Shown here one piece after another: positions 55,722-64,000 of a DNA stretch of 64,000 nucleotides (position 1 is its first letter; each line of letters opens with the position of its first letter). Under the pieces are notes generated by a model that saw nothing but the letters and a program-made list of their open reading frames with translations, was not told the origin of the DNA and did no database searches. Position numbers and translations under genes: made by a program. Origin of the DNA: Halorarum halobium (GTDB taxonomy: Archaea; Halobacteriota; Halobacteria; Halobacteriales; Haloferacaceae); NCBI RefSeq assembly GCF_032116555.1, contig NZ_CP134949.1, positions 1,798,001 through 1,862,000 of the forward strand, in the 5' to 3' direction.

Positions 55722-55994
55722 CTACTCCCGCTTCGTGTCCCAGTTCTTCAGCGCGTCCCGAACGGCAGCCAGGTCCTCCGGTTCGCCGGCTTCACGGCGA
55801 TCGACGACGGTCCAGCCGTCCCGATCGTCGTAGGCGAGGCCGTAGATCGTTCCGCCGATCTGCATCGCGAACGCCCCGATTTCGCCATCTGCTACCCCGA
55901 GCAGCGCGGCCTCGACGACGCCGTCGGCGTCCCTGAGCGCGTCCAGTTCCGCGGCGCGAAGCGGACGGGTCGGAAGCGATTTGATATAGCGCAA
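55722..55994 (-). CDS. Small hypothetical protein
   Basis: SLPTRPL...GWTVVD; acidic composition; TTG start. Confidence 0.55.
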   Translation of the reverse strand: MRYIKSLPTRPLRAAELDALRDADGVVEAALLGVADGEIGAFAMQIGGTIYGLAYDDRDGWTVVDRREAGEPEDLAAVRDALKNWDTKRE

Positions 55995-56000
55995 TGTGAT

Positions 56001-56477
56001 TTATGCACTGCCGAAGGCGTCGACGGGGGTCGGATCCGCGAGACGCTCCAGTTCGTCCGGTTTCAGGGGGAAGACGGCCTCCGGCGTCCCCGCCGCGGCC
56101 CAGACCTGGTCGTGAGCGAGCAACGACTCGTCGAGATACACCGGCACGCGCTCCTCGTGGAGGAACGGGGGGACGCCGCCGATGCTCCAGCCGGTCGCGG
56201 CCTTGACCTCGTCCGGGTTCGCGGTCCGGACGTCGTCGGAATCGAGTTCCGACGCCAGCCGTTCCTCCGAGACCCGGTTGTCGCCGGCGGTCAACACGAC
56301 CACGACGTCGTCGTCGGCCACGAACACGAGGCTCTTGACGATCTGTCCCACGTCACAGTCGATGGCGGCCGCCGCGTCGGCGGCGGTCTTCGTGCCCTCG
56401 GGGAACTCCTCGACCCGTACGTCGAACCCGAGTTCGTCGCTCGCCCGACTGGTGAATCGATCTGCGGTCGGATGCAT
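56001..56477 (-). CDS. YbaK/EbsC family aminoacyl-tRNA deacylase
   Basis: TKTAADAA, QIVKSLVF, TGWSIGGVPP, WAAAG. Confidence 0.92.
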   Translation of the reverse strand: MHPTADRFTSRASDELGFDVRVEEFPEGTKTAADAAAAIDCDVGQIVKSLVFVADDDVVVVLTAGDNRVSEERLASELDSDDVRTANPDEVKAATGWSIGGVPPFLHEERVPVYLDESLLAHDQVWAAAGTPEAVFPLKPDELERLADPTPVDAFGSA

Positions 56478-56570
56478 GGTCGGTGGAGGTCGTTTCGTGC
56501 CGAAATACCCGGCGGACACGGCAGGTACCGACCGCGGGGTTTAGGTTCCTCCTTCACCTTTCGTTACTCG

Positions 56571-56621
56571 ATGAACTGCTCCCCGACGCTTCCCATGCGT
56601 ATGCGAACGCACCCCTTCTAG
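56571..56621 (+). CDS. Putative leader peptide of metG, MNCSPTLPMRMRTHPF (16 aa)
   Basis: ATG 56571 to TAG 56621; TTTAGG box at 56540-56545; 3 Met codons. Confidence 0.55.
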   Translation: MNCSPTLPMRMRTHPF

Positions 56622-56770
56622 CGCCGAGCGGAGCGTCCGACCCCGACCGATCCCGACCGGATCCGACGGGTGAGTCGTGAACGCCGGCGTCCACGCACCG
56701 ACGACCGACCGACGGGCGAGGGGTTCGCCCGATTCGGCGGGCTTTAGGCCCGCATCCACGACACACGACC

Positions 56771-58888
56771 ATGAGCCACGAGGAGTTCCCGACGGACACG
56801 CCGGCGGTGGTTACCTGCGGGTTGCCGTACGCGAACGGCGACCTGCACATCGGCCACCTCCGCACGTACGTGGGCGGCGACGTCTACTCGCGCGCCCTCG
56901 AATCGCTCGGCCAGCGAACCACGTTCGTCTCGGGGTCCGACATGCACGGCACGCCCGTCGCGGTCAACGCCGAGAAGGCGGGCACGGATCCCGAGTCGTT
57001 CGCCCTGGACTGGCACGAGCAGTACGAGGAAACGTTCCCCCGCTTCGACGTCGAGTTCGACAACTACGGGCACACCCACGACGCGACGAACACCGACCTC
57101 ACGCGCGAGTTCGTGCGGACCCTCGAGGAGAACGGCCACGTCTACGAGAAGGAGATCAAGGTCGCCTACGACCCGGAGGCCGACCAGTCGCTTCCGGACC
57201 GCTACGTCGAGGGAACGTGCCCGTACTGCGGGGCGAAGGCGCGAGGCGACGAGTGCGACGAGGGCTGCGGCCGGCACCTCGAACCCGGCGAGGTCGAGAA
57301 CCCACGTTCGACGGTCACCGGCAACCCCGCGGAGTACCGCGACCAGACCCACAAGTTCTTCCGCGTCTCGGCGTTCAAGGAGTACCTCTCGGGCTTTCTT
57401 GACCGGCTCGAAGGGACCTCGAACGCGCGAAATCAGCCCCGCGAGTGGGTCGAGGGCGAGCTCCGGGACTGGTGTATCACCCGTGACATGGACTGGGGCA
57501 TCGACTACCCCGAGATCGAGGGCGAGGAGCCGACCGATCTGGTTCTCTACGTCTGGGTCGACGCGCCCATCGAGTACGTCTCCTCGACGAAGCAGTACTC
57601 CGAGCGCGTCGGCGCCGACGAGTACGACTGGGTCGAGGCCTGGCAGGAGGACGGCGAGATCGTCCACGTCATCGGGCGGGACATCATCCAGCACCACACC
57701 GTGTTCTGGCCCGCGATGTTGCACGGCGTCGACTACGACGAGCCGCGCGCCGTGATGGCCTCCGGGTTCATGACGCTCGACGGCGACGGGTTCTCCACGT
57801 CCCGGAACCGCGCGGTCTGGGCCCGCGAGTACCTCGAGGAGGGGTTCCACCCGGACCTGCTGCGCTACTACCTCGCCACGAACGGCGGGTTCCAGCAGGA
57901 CGTCGACTTCTCGTGGGAGAAGTTCCGCGACCGCGTGAACAACGAACTCGTCGGGACGGTGGGTAACTTCCTCTACCGCTCGCTGCTGTTTGCACACCGC
58001 AACTTCGACGGGACGCCCGACGCCGACGTGTCGCCCGAGGTCGAATCCCGCATCGAGGAAGCCGTCGACGAGTTCGCGGCCGGCGTCAACGACTACTCCG
58101 TGCGCGCGGTCGGCAACGCGACCGTCGAGCTCGCTCGCTTCGGCAACGAGTACATCCAGCGCGAGGAGCCCTGGAACCTCGTCGGTGAGGACGAGGAGGC
58201 CGCCGCCCAAGTGATCCGCGACTGCGTGCAGCTCGCCAGGGCGGTGGCGGTGCTGTTCGAGCCTGTCGCTCCCGGGAAGAGCCAGGAACTGTGGGAAAAG
58301 CTCGGCGAGGACGGCAGCGTTCACGAGGTTCCCGCGGACGCGGCCCTCGAGGCTCCGCCACGCGAGTTCGGCCACCCGGAGGAGCTGTACGAGAAGATCG
58401 AGGACGACCGCGTCGAGGAGCTGAACGAGAAGCTGGAGCGACGGGTCGCCGAAGCGGCGGGCGACGACGATGACGCCGAAAGCGACGGGGACGACGACGC
58501 CGGAACCGAAACCGATGAGGTGACCGCGTCCGGCGAAGCTGACGTGAGCGAGTTCGAACCGATCGAGTCCGACCGGATCAGCTTCGAGGAGTTCCAGGAG
58601 CTCGACCTCCGTGTCGGCGAGATCGTGAGCGCGGAGCCGATCCCCGACGCCGACAAGCTGGTCGCCCTTGCGGTCGACATCGGCGTCGAGACGCGGAACA
58701 TCGTCGCGGGCCTCAAGCAACTCCACGACGTCGAGGCGCTGGCGGGGACGCCGGTCGTCGTCGTCGCCAACCTGGAGAAGGCGGAGCTGTTCGGCCACGA
58801 GTCGAACGGCATGGTGCTCGCGGCGGGCGAGGACGCCGACCTCCTCACCACCCACGAGGACAGCGAACCGGGTACCCGCGTCCGATAG
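56771..58888 (+). CDS. metG: Methionine--tRNA ligase with C-terminal tRNA-binding domain
   Basis: LPYANGDLHIGH, DMHG, CPYC/CDEGC zinc knuckle, YVWVDAP, FSTSR, ESNGMVL. Confidence 0.97.
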   Translation: MSHEEFPTDTPAVVTCGLPYANGDLHIGHLRTYVGGDVYSRALESLGQRTTFVSGSDMHGTPVAVNAEKAGTDPESFALDWHEQYEETFPRFDVEFDNYGHTHDATNTDLTREFVRTLEENGHVYEKEIKVAYDPEADQSLPDRYVEGTCPYCGAKARGDECDEGCGRHLEPGEVENPRSTVTGNPAEYRDQTHKFFRVSAFKEYLSGFLDRLEGTSNARNQPREWVEGELRDWCITRDMDWGIDYPEIEGEEPTDLVLYVWVDAPIEYVSSTKQYSERVGADEYDWVEAWQEDGEIVHVIGRDIIQHHTVFWPAMLHGVDYDEPRAVMASGFMTLDGDGFSTSRNRAVWAREYLEEGFHPDLLRYYLATNGGFQQDVDFSWEKFRDRVNNELVGTVGNFLYRSLLFAHRNFDGTPDADVSPEVESRIEEAVDEFAAGVNDYSVRAVGNATVELARFGNEYIQREEPWNLVGEDEEAAAQVIRDCVQLARAVAVLFEPVAPGKSQELWEKLGEDGSVHEVPADAALEAPPREFGHPEELYEKIEDDRVEELNEKLERRVAEAAGDDDDAESDGDDDAGTETDEVTASGEADVSEFEPIESDRISFEEFQELDLRVGEIVSAEPIPDADKLVALAVDIGVETRNIVAGLKQLHDVEALAGTPVVVVANLEKAELFGHESNGMVLAAGEDADLLTTHEDSEPGTRVR

Positions 58889-58916
58889 GGCTCCGATTCC
58901 CGGTCCCCGCTTGCGG

Positions 58917-60098
58917 TTACTCCGGCAGTTTCCCGGTCCGGCTGAGCAGGACGAGGACGGCGAGCAGGAGTCCGACCCCGACCCCGCCGGCCGAGAACAC
59001 GGCGTCGAACGCGAACCCCAGGTCCCGCAGTTCCCCGACCACCCAGGAGCCGCCGGCCTGTACGAACATCATCGTCCCGCTGTACACCGCGTACGCGGAG
59101 CCGCGCGTCTCGTCGGGGAGCGTGTCGAGCATGTACGTGTCCATCGCCGGGAACAGCGAGTGGACGACGTAGCCGAGCACCGCGGACGCGAGGAGCACCT
59201 GCACGATCCCCTCCGAGACGATGAGTCCGAACAGCGCGAGGACGAAGCCGGCGACGATGCTCAACAGGTACGGGACGTGCGGGAACCGGTCGGCGAGCCG
59301 TCCCGAGACGAGAAACGCCGGGACGCCCGCGGCGAAGATGACCGTCAGCAGGTTGCGTTCGAGCACCGGCGGCACCGACTTCGTCCCCATGTACAGCTCG
59401 TAGAAGTTGAACACCCCCTGCCAGAGCAATCCGACCCCGCCGAGGATGGCGACGCCCGTGAGGATCGTCCGCCACTCGGCCCGTGCGGCCCCCAGCAGGT
59501 CCCGATCCGCGGCACCGGCGTCCGGGAGCGTCGCGGACCGGGCGCTGAAAAAGAGGACGACCGTCACCGTCGCCGCCGCCAGCGCCATCCCGACGAACAC
59601 GACGCGCCACCGGTCGGCCCCGAACAGCCGCCAGTTCGTCGCCAGCACGACCGTGACCAGCGGCGCGGCGGCGACCGCGGCGAGCTGGCTCGCCGTCCCG
59701 TGGATCCCGAGCAGTCGCCCGACGCGGTTGGGAAACAGTTCCGAAACGAGCGGGTTGGCGGCGACGAAGTACGCGCCCGAGGCCAGTCCCATGCCGACGG
59801 CACCGACCATCAGCATCGCCAGCGAGTTCGCCGCGGCGATGAACGAGGCGGCGACGGTCAACAGCGCGCCCGCGCCGAGGACGACGTAGTGGCGCGGCCA
59901 GCGCGTCAGCAGCCAGCCGGTTGGCACCCGAAGCGCGGCGCTCCCGACCCACGCCATCGTCGCGAGCAGCCCCGCCGTTCCCGCGGTGAGGTCGAACACG
60001 GCGATGAACTCCGAGAGGAGCGGCGCGAACACGACCCTCGCCATGTTGACGAGGAAGACCGCGCCACAGAGCGTTCCGAACAGTCGCCCCCTTGACAC
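58917..60098 (-). CDS. MFS transporter
   Basis: ~12 TM, GRLADR, RGSAY; GTG start inferred. Confidence 0.88.
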   Translation of the reverse strand: MSRGRLFGTLCGAVFLVNMARVVFAPLLSEFIAVFDLTAGTAGLLATMAWVGSAALRVPTGWLLTRWPRHYVVLGAGALLTVAASFIAAANSLAMLMVGAVGMGLASGAYFVAANPLVSELFPNRVGRLLGIHGTASQLAAVAAAPLVTVVLATNWRLFGADRWRVVFVGMALAAATVTVVLFFSARSATLPDAGAADRDLLGAARAEWRTILTGVAILGGVGLLWQGVFNFYELYMGTKSVPPVLERNLLTVIFAAGVPAFLVSGRLADRFPHVPYLLSIVAGFVLALFGLIVSEGIVQVLLASAVLGYVVHSLFPAMDTYMLDTLPDETRGSAYAVYSGTMMFVQAGGSWVVGELRDLGFAFDAVFSAGGVGVGLLLAVLVLLSRTGKLPE

Positions 60099-60198
60099 GG
60101 GCGGCCGTTCGACACCCGGTAGGTCAAAGCTTCCGACTCGCCAGTGCGGGCGAAAATCGTGCGCCGTCTTTTTGCCCCTCCCCCCGAAAAGGCCGTTT

Positions 60199-60369
60199 AT
60201 GAAGTCGACTCGCAAGGGGCTCCGGGATGGCGACCTCGAGAAGGACAACTACGAGCGGCTGCTGTGTGCCGACTGCGGGGAGTCCCTCAAGACGGAGAAC
60301 TCCCCGGACGAGGTGTTCTCCGTTCGGATCTGCGCCGAGTGTGGCCGCGAGTGGAAGGAGCTCCGGTAA
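60199..60369 (+). CDS. 56-aa zinc-finger microprotein (HVO_0758 family)
   Basis: MKSTRKGLR...CADCG...CAECGREW, two CxxCG motifs. Confidence 0.85.
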   Translation: MKSTRKGLRDGDLEKDNYERLLCADCGESLKTENSPDEVFSVRICAECGREWKELR

Positions 60370-60393
60370 GCGGCCGCCGAAACGCGAACGGCG

Positions 60394-61482
60394 CTACTCG
60401 AAGATCGCATCGAACGCCGACGCACCCATCGGATCGAAGGTCCCTGCGGCGACGTTCTCGCGGACGTGTTCGACGGTACTCATCCCGACCAGTGCGCCGG
60501 TCACCGCCGGCGCGGAGCGGGCGAAGTTCAGCGCGCGCTGTGCCGACGTCTCACCGGCCAGTTCGGCGGCGATCTCCGGGGGGAGCCCCCCGGCAAGCGC
60601 CCCCTGGCCGAGGCTGGCGCTGGCGAACACGCCGAGTCCCTCCCGGTTGGCGAACTCCAGCGCGCTCACTCGCTCGTCACCGTGCGTGTGTGACGCGACG
60701 TTGAACGCGTCGGCCATTCCGACGTTGAACGGGAGCTGGATCGCCCGCAGGCCGTGGGAATCGACGCCGACGGTCTCGGTCGCGCTTGCCGCCAGTTTCA
60801 GCACCCTACCCAGGTCGAGGAACGACTCGTGCTCGCGGCCGACGCGGAACGCCTCCCAGGAGGCGACGCCATAACGGCCGACCTCGCCCGCCGCGCGACG
60901 GCGTTCGAGCGCCCGGAAGGCATCTCCTAACTGCTCGTACACGGCCTCGCGGTCCCGCACCGAGAGCTGGGTTTCCGGGTTGTGAACGTAGTAGCAGTCG
61001 ACAGTCTCGAGGCCGAGGTTCGAGAGCGACCGGTCGAGCAGTTCCTCGAGAAACGCCGGCGCGATGCTGTGGCTCCCGCGTGCGAGGTCCCCGGGGTCGA
61101 CCAGTCCGGGCTCGACGAACTCCTCGCGGACGTACGCTCCCGGGTCGTCGGGACGCTCGCCGTCGAACGGGACGAACCCGCCCTTCGTCGTCACGACGAC
61201 TTCCTCCCGCTCGGCCGCGGACTCCCGGACCGCATCTCCGATCACGCGCTCGCTCCGCTGGCAGCGGTAGTTGATGGCCGTATCCACGAGGTTCACGCCC
61301 GCGTCGAGCGCGCTCCGAATCGTCTCGCAGTACCGCGAATCGACCGCGTCCGTCGGCTCGCCGAGATACGTGCCCAGGCCGACGCTCGACACGACTCCCC
61401 GCCCGAACCGGCGGAAGTAGGTCCGGCCGAACCGGTCGCCGAACCTGTCGCGATAGCTCCACGTTCCCGCTGCAGTCGCCAT
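60394..61482 (-). CDS. Aldo/keto reductase
   Basis: GLGTY, DTAINY, SERVIG, TKGG, YYVHNPE, IQLPFN. Confidence 0.9.
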   Translation of the reverse strand: MATAAGTWSYRDRFGDRFGRTYFRRFGRGVVSSVGLGTYLGEPTDAVDSRYCETIRSALDAGVNLVDTAINYRCQRSERVIGDAVRESAAEREEVVVTTKGGFVPFDGERPDDPGAYVREEFVEPGLVDPGDLARGSHSIAPAFLEELLDRSLSNLGLETVDCYYVHNPETQLSVRDREAVYEQLGDAFRALERRRAAGEVGRYGVASWEAFRVGREHESFLDLGRVLKLAASATETVGVDSHGLRAIQLPFNVGMADAFNVASHTHGDERVSALEFANREGLGVFASASLGQGALAGGLPPEIAAELAGETSAQRALNFARSAPAVTGALVGMSTVEHVRENVAAGTFDPMGASAFDAIFE

Positions 61483-61543
61483 GGTCTGAAACAGTACGCG
61501 ACGGGGAAAAGCGCTCCCGATCCGTCGGGCGTCGAACCCGAAC

Positions 61544-62713
61544 CTACACGTCGCCGCTCATCGAGTCGAACAGCCTGTCGAGCAGCGCGTCGCCCCGGGG
61601 GGAGGACACCTCGCGCGTGCCGTCGGCCTGGACGGCCGGCGGGATCTGGCCGCCGCCCATCCGGGCGTGACCGCCCGCGCTCGCGTTGGCGAGGTCGCCG
61701 ACGGCGGCCGCGAGCGTCCGGCCCATGTGGACGCGGTCGTCGCGCGAGCGACCCGACATGTGGACCGTCCCGTCGCGCTCGCCGAGGACGACGACCGCCG
61801 TTACCCCCTCGAGGCCGACGAGTTCGTCCGCCGCCTGCGGGATCGCGTCGACGTTCGACACCGCGCCGACGTCGCTGACGGCGAACGAGCCGCGGACCTC
61901 GCGTCCGGCGATGGCACGCGCCTTCACTTCCAGCGTCTCCGTGCTGACCTCCGGGTCGGCGATGCGGGTGAGCAGGTCCTCGTCGACGCCGGGATGGAGG
62001 AAGCTGGCGGCCTCGAAGTCGGCCGGCGACGCGCCGCGGGTCAGCCGGTTCGTGTCGGAGAGGATGCCGTACAGCAGGCCGGTGGCCGTCCGGGTCGGGA
62101 GCGCCTCCCCGTCGACCTCGCTGTCGTGTCGGTCCGGCGGCACCGGCGTCGCGCCCGCGGCCCGGAGATACTCGGTCAGGATGCTCGAACACGCGCCGTA
62201 CTCCGTGCGTACGTCGGTGAACTCCTGACCCGCGCCGCCGCCGGGGTGGTGGTCGATGACGCACGCCGGGAGGACGCCGTCCGCGCCGGTGAAGCCGCGC
62301 GGTTCGTTGTGGTCGACGAGCACGACCGCCTCCGATTCGATCTCGGAGACGTGTTCGAGCTTCTCCATCTCGACGTCGAGCACCGTGCGGAACGCCCTAT
62401 TCTCCTGTCTGCGGATCTGCCCGGGGAACTGGAGCGCCGCCTCGGTGTCGACGGTCTCGGCCATGCGAGCGACGCCGAGCGCCGAGGCCATCGCGTCGGC
62501 GTCCGGGTTCGGGTGCAACAGCACGGCGACCTCCTCGTGCTCGGCGAGCACGGCCGCGAACCGTTTCCCCGCCGGCCGTTTCAGCCAGCGATAGACCAGT
62601 CCGCCGGCCACGAGGAGGAGAATCCCGCCGACCACGGCAGCGACCACCTGCTGGTCGACCTGTGAAAGGCCCTCGATGCCGCGGACGAGTTGGCCCCTCA
62701 CGTCCTGTATCAT
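61544..62713 (-). CDS. DHH/DHHA1 phosphoesterase with N-terminal TM helix
   Basis: HPNPDADA, VDH, IDHH, SDT, GGH; start may be 62740. Confidence 0.88.
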   Translation of the reverse strand: MIQDVRGQLVRGIEGLSQVDQQVVAAVVGGILLLVAGGLVYRWLKRPAGKRFAAVLAEHEEVAVLLHPNPDADAMASALGVARMAETVDTEAALQFPGQIRRQENRAFRTVLDVEMEKLEHVSEIESEAVVLVDHNEPRGFTGADGVLPACVIDHHPGGGAGQEFTDVRTEYGACSSILTEYLRAAGATPVPPDRHDSEVDGEALPTRTATGLLYGILSDTNRLTRGASPADFEAASFLHPGVDEDLLTRIADPEVSTETLEVKARAIAGREVRGSFAVSDVGAVSNVDAIPQAADELVGLEGVTAVVVLGERDGTVHMSGRSRDDRVHMGRTLAAAVGDLANASAGGHARMGGGQIPPAVQADGTREVSSPRGDALLDRLFDSMSGDV

Positions 62714-62774
62714 GTTCGGGGGCTGGAACTGGGATACCAAGAAAGTACTAGACGGTTTCCGCGTGCAACGGACG

Positions 62775-63674
62775 TTAGTCGGACGACGTCTCGGAGGTTG
62801 CTTCGACGGCGCTCCGGTACCCCTCCCGGTAGGTCGGGTACGTCAGGTCGTAGCCCAGGTCGTGCAGCTTCGCGTTCCGACAGCGTTTGCTCGTCCGAAC
62901 GCGTCGTTCGGCGGCCGGCGAGAGGTCGCCCGCCTCGATTCGCTCCGCCTTCGCCCGTTTTTCCGGACGGGCCACGCGGGCTTCGTCCGCGAGCCAGTCC
63001 GCGAAGGCCCACTTGTCGGCGGGTTCGTCGTCCGCGACGAGCACGACTTCCCCGCGGGCCCCGTCAGTTTCGATGAGATGCGCGACGGCCCCGGCCGCGT
63101 CCTCGCGGTGGATCATGTTCAGGTAGCCGGCAGTTACCGGGCCCTCGAGATACCGATCGAGCCGGAAGCGGTCGGGGCCGTACAGTCCCGCGAACCGGAC
63201 GACCGTCCCGTCGATTCCGTGGTCTGCCGCCGACTCCAGTACTAGCCGCTCGGCCTCGACCAGCACCTCGGTCTTTTCGGTCGTCGGGTCCAGCGGCGTC
63301 TCCTCGTCGACCCAGTCGCCGCCGTGGTCGCCGTACACGCCGGTACTCGACGTGTAGATCACGCGCTCGGGCGGATCGGTCCGTGAGCCGTACTCCGCGA
63401 GCACGTTCGAGAGCCCCTCGACGTACACCTCCCGTGCCGCGTCCGCCCCGCGACCGCCCGTGCTCGCTGCGAACACGAGGACGTCCCCGTCGGGGAGCGA
63501 TCCGAGCGACGCCGGTTCGGTGACGTCCGCCTCGACGGCGTCCGCTCCGGCTTCGCTGACTGCAGCCAGGCCGGCCGCCGACCTTCGGACGCCCGTCACG
63601 TCGTGTCCGTCGGCCAGCAACTGTCGCGCGAGTTCGAGCCCCACGTAGCCACACCCCAGGACGACGACACGCAT
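62775..63674 (-). CDS. NAD(P)-dependent epimerase/dehydratase (extended SDR)
   Basis: GCGYVG, YTSSTGVYG, GLYGP, IHREDAA. Confidence 0.9.
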   Translation of the reverse strand: MRVVVLGCGYVGLELARQLLADGHDVTGVRRSAAGLAAVSEAGADAVEADVTEPASLGSLPDGDVLVFAASTGGRGADAAREVYVEGLSNVLAEYGSRTDPPERVIYTSSTGVYGDHGGDWVDEETPLDPTTEKTEVLVEAERLVLESAADHGIDGTVVRFAGLYGPDRFRLDRYLEGPVTAGYLNMIHREDAAGAVAHLIETDGARGEVVLVADDEPADKWAFADWLADEARVARPEKRAKAERIEAGDLSPAAERRVRTSKRCRNAKLHDLGYDLTYPTYREGYRSAVEATSETSSD

Positions 63675-63675
63675 C

Positions 63676-64000
63676 TCAGCGCTTGCGCTCGAGGACGAGC
63701 GCGTGGATCGACGCCAGTTCGGCGAGCGTGAGTCGCGCTCTGCCTTCCAGCGCCTGCTGGACCTCCTGACCCGTGAGATCCTGGTCGATGTTCGCCGCGA
63801 TGGTGTCGACGTCGAGGATGGCGGTCACCATCTCCATCATCAGGTGATCGCGCACCTCGAACGCGAGGTCCTCGGCGGGTGCATCCTCCAGGAGCGCCAG
63901 CAGCGTCGCAGCCTCGGCGAGTCTGATATCGGCGACGTCGCCGGCCGCGACGGCTTCGACGGTCGCCTCGTCGAGCCCGGTCGCCTCGGCGGTTTCGTCG
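63676..64000 (-). CDS. Conserved haloarchaeal protein (DUF5791-like), 5' end outside the window
   Basis: Read manually: ...EVRDHLMMEMVTAILDVDTIAANIDQDLTGQEVQQALEGRARLTLAELASIHALVLERKR*. Confidence 0.7.
   Translation of the reverse strand, partial: DETAEATGLDEATVEAVAAGDVADIRLAEAATLLALLEDAPAEDLAFEVRDHLMMEMVTAILDVDTIAANIDQDLTGQEVQQALEGRARLTLAELASIHALVLERKR

Overview
High-GC (roughly 68-70% by eye) chromosomal segment of a halophilic archaeon (class Halobacteria), judged from the acidic proteins, proteasome alpha subunit, RNase P proteins, FolC-FolP and PurN-PurH fusions and many leaderless-type promoters. About 60 CDS, mostly housekeeping: dph6, htpX, gdh-gfcR, folCP-rnp3-MTase-rnp2-psmA, purNH/purB, dapA-dapB-dapD-lysA-dapF-dapE, mtnP, smc-scpA, ppsA, mfnA, metG and an orphan m4C DNA methyltransferase. 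No rRNA, tRNA, CRISPR array or transposase was seen. The best lead is a pair of tiny upstream ORFs that the ORF track does not list on their own. One is a 29-aa peptide ending RKPKRA (both Lys codons AAA) before the lysine operon; the other is a 16-aa peptide containing PMRMR before metG. Each has a TATA-like box at leaderless spacing, which suggests amino-acid-sensing leader-peptide control (attenuation-like) in an archaeon; this is inference and untested. Also notable: a 1885-aa surface protein with ~23 tandem non-acidic Gln/Ala/Gly repeats, a 5x22-bp array in its upstream intergenic region, TrmB-type sites at both gdh and ppsA, tandem presenilin-like proteases, a palindrome on the smc-operon promoter and a two-copy intergenic repeat. 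Product calls come from motif recognition only; no database searches were run.
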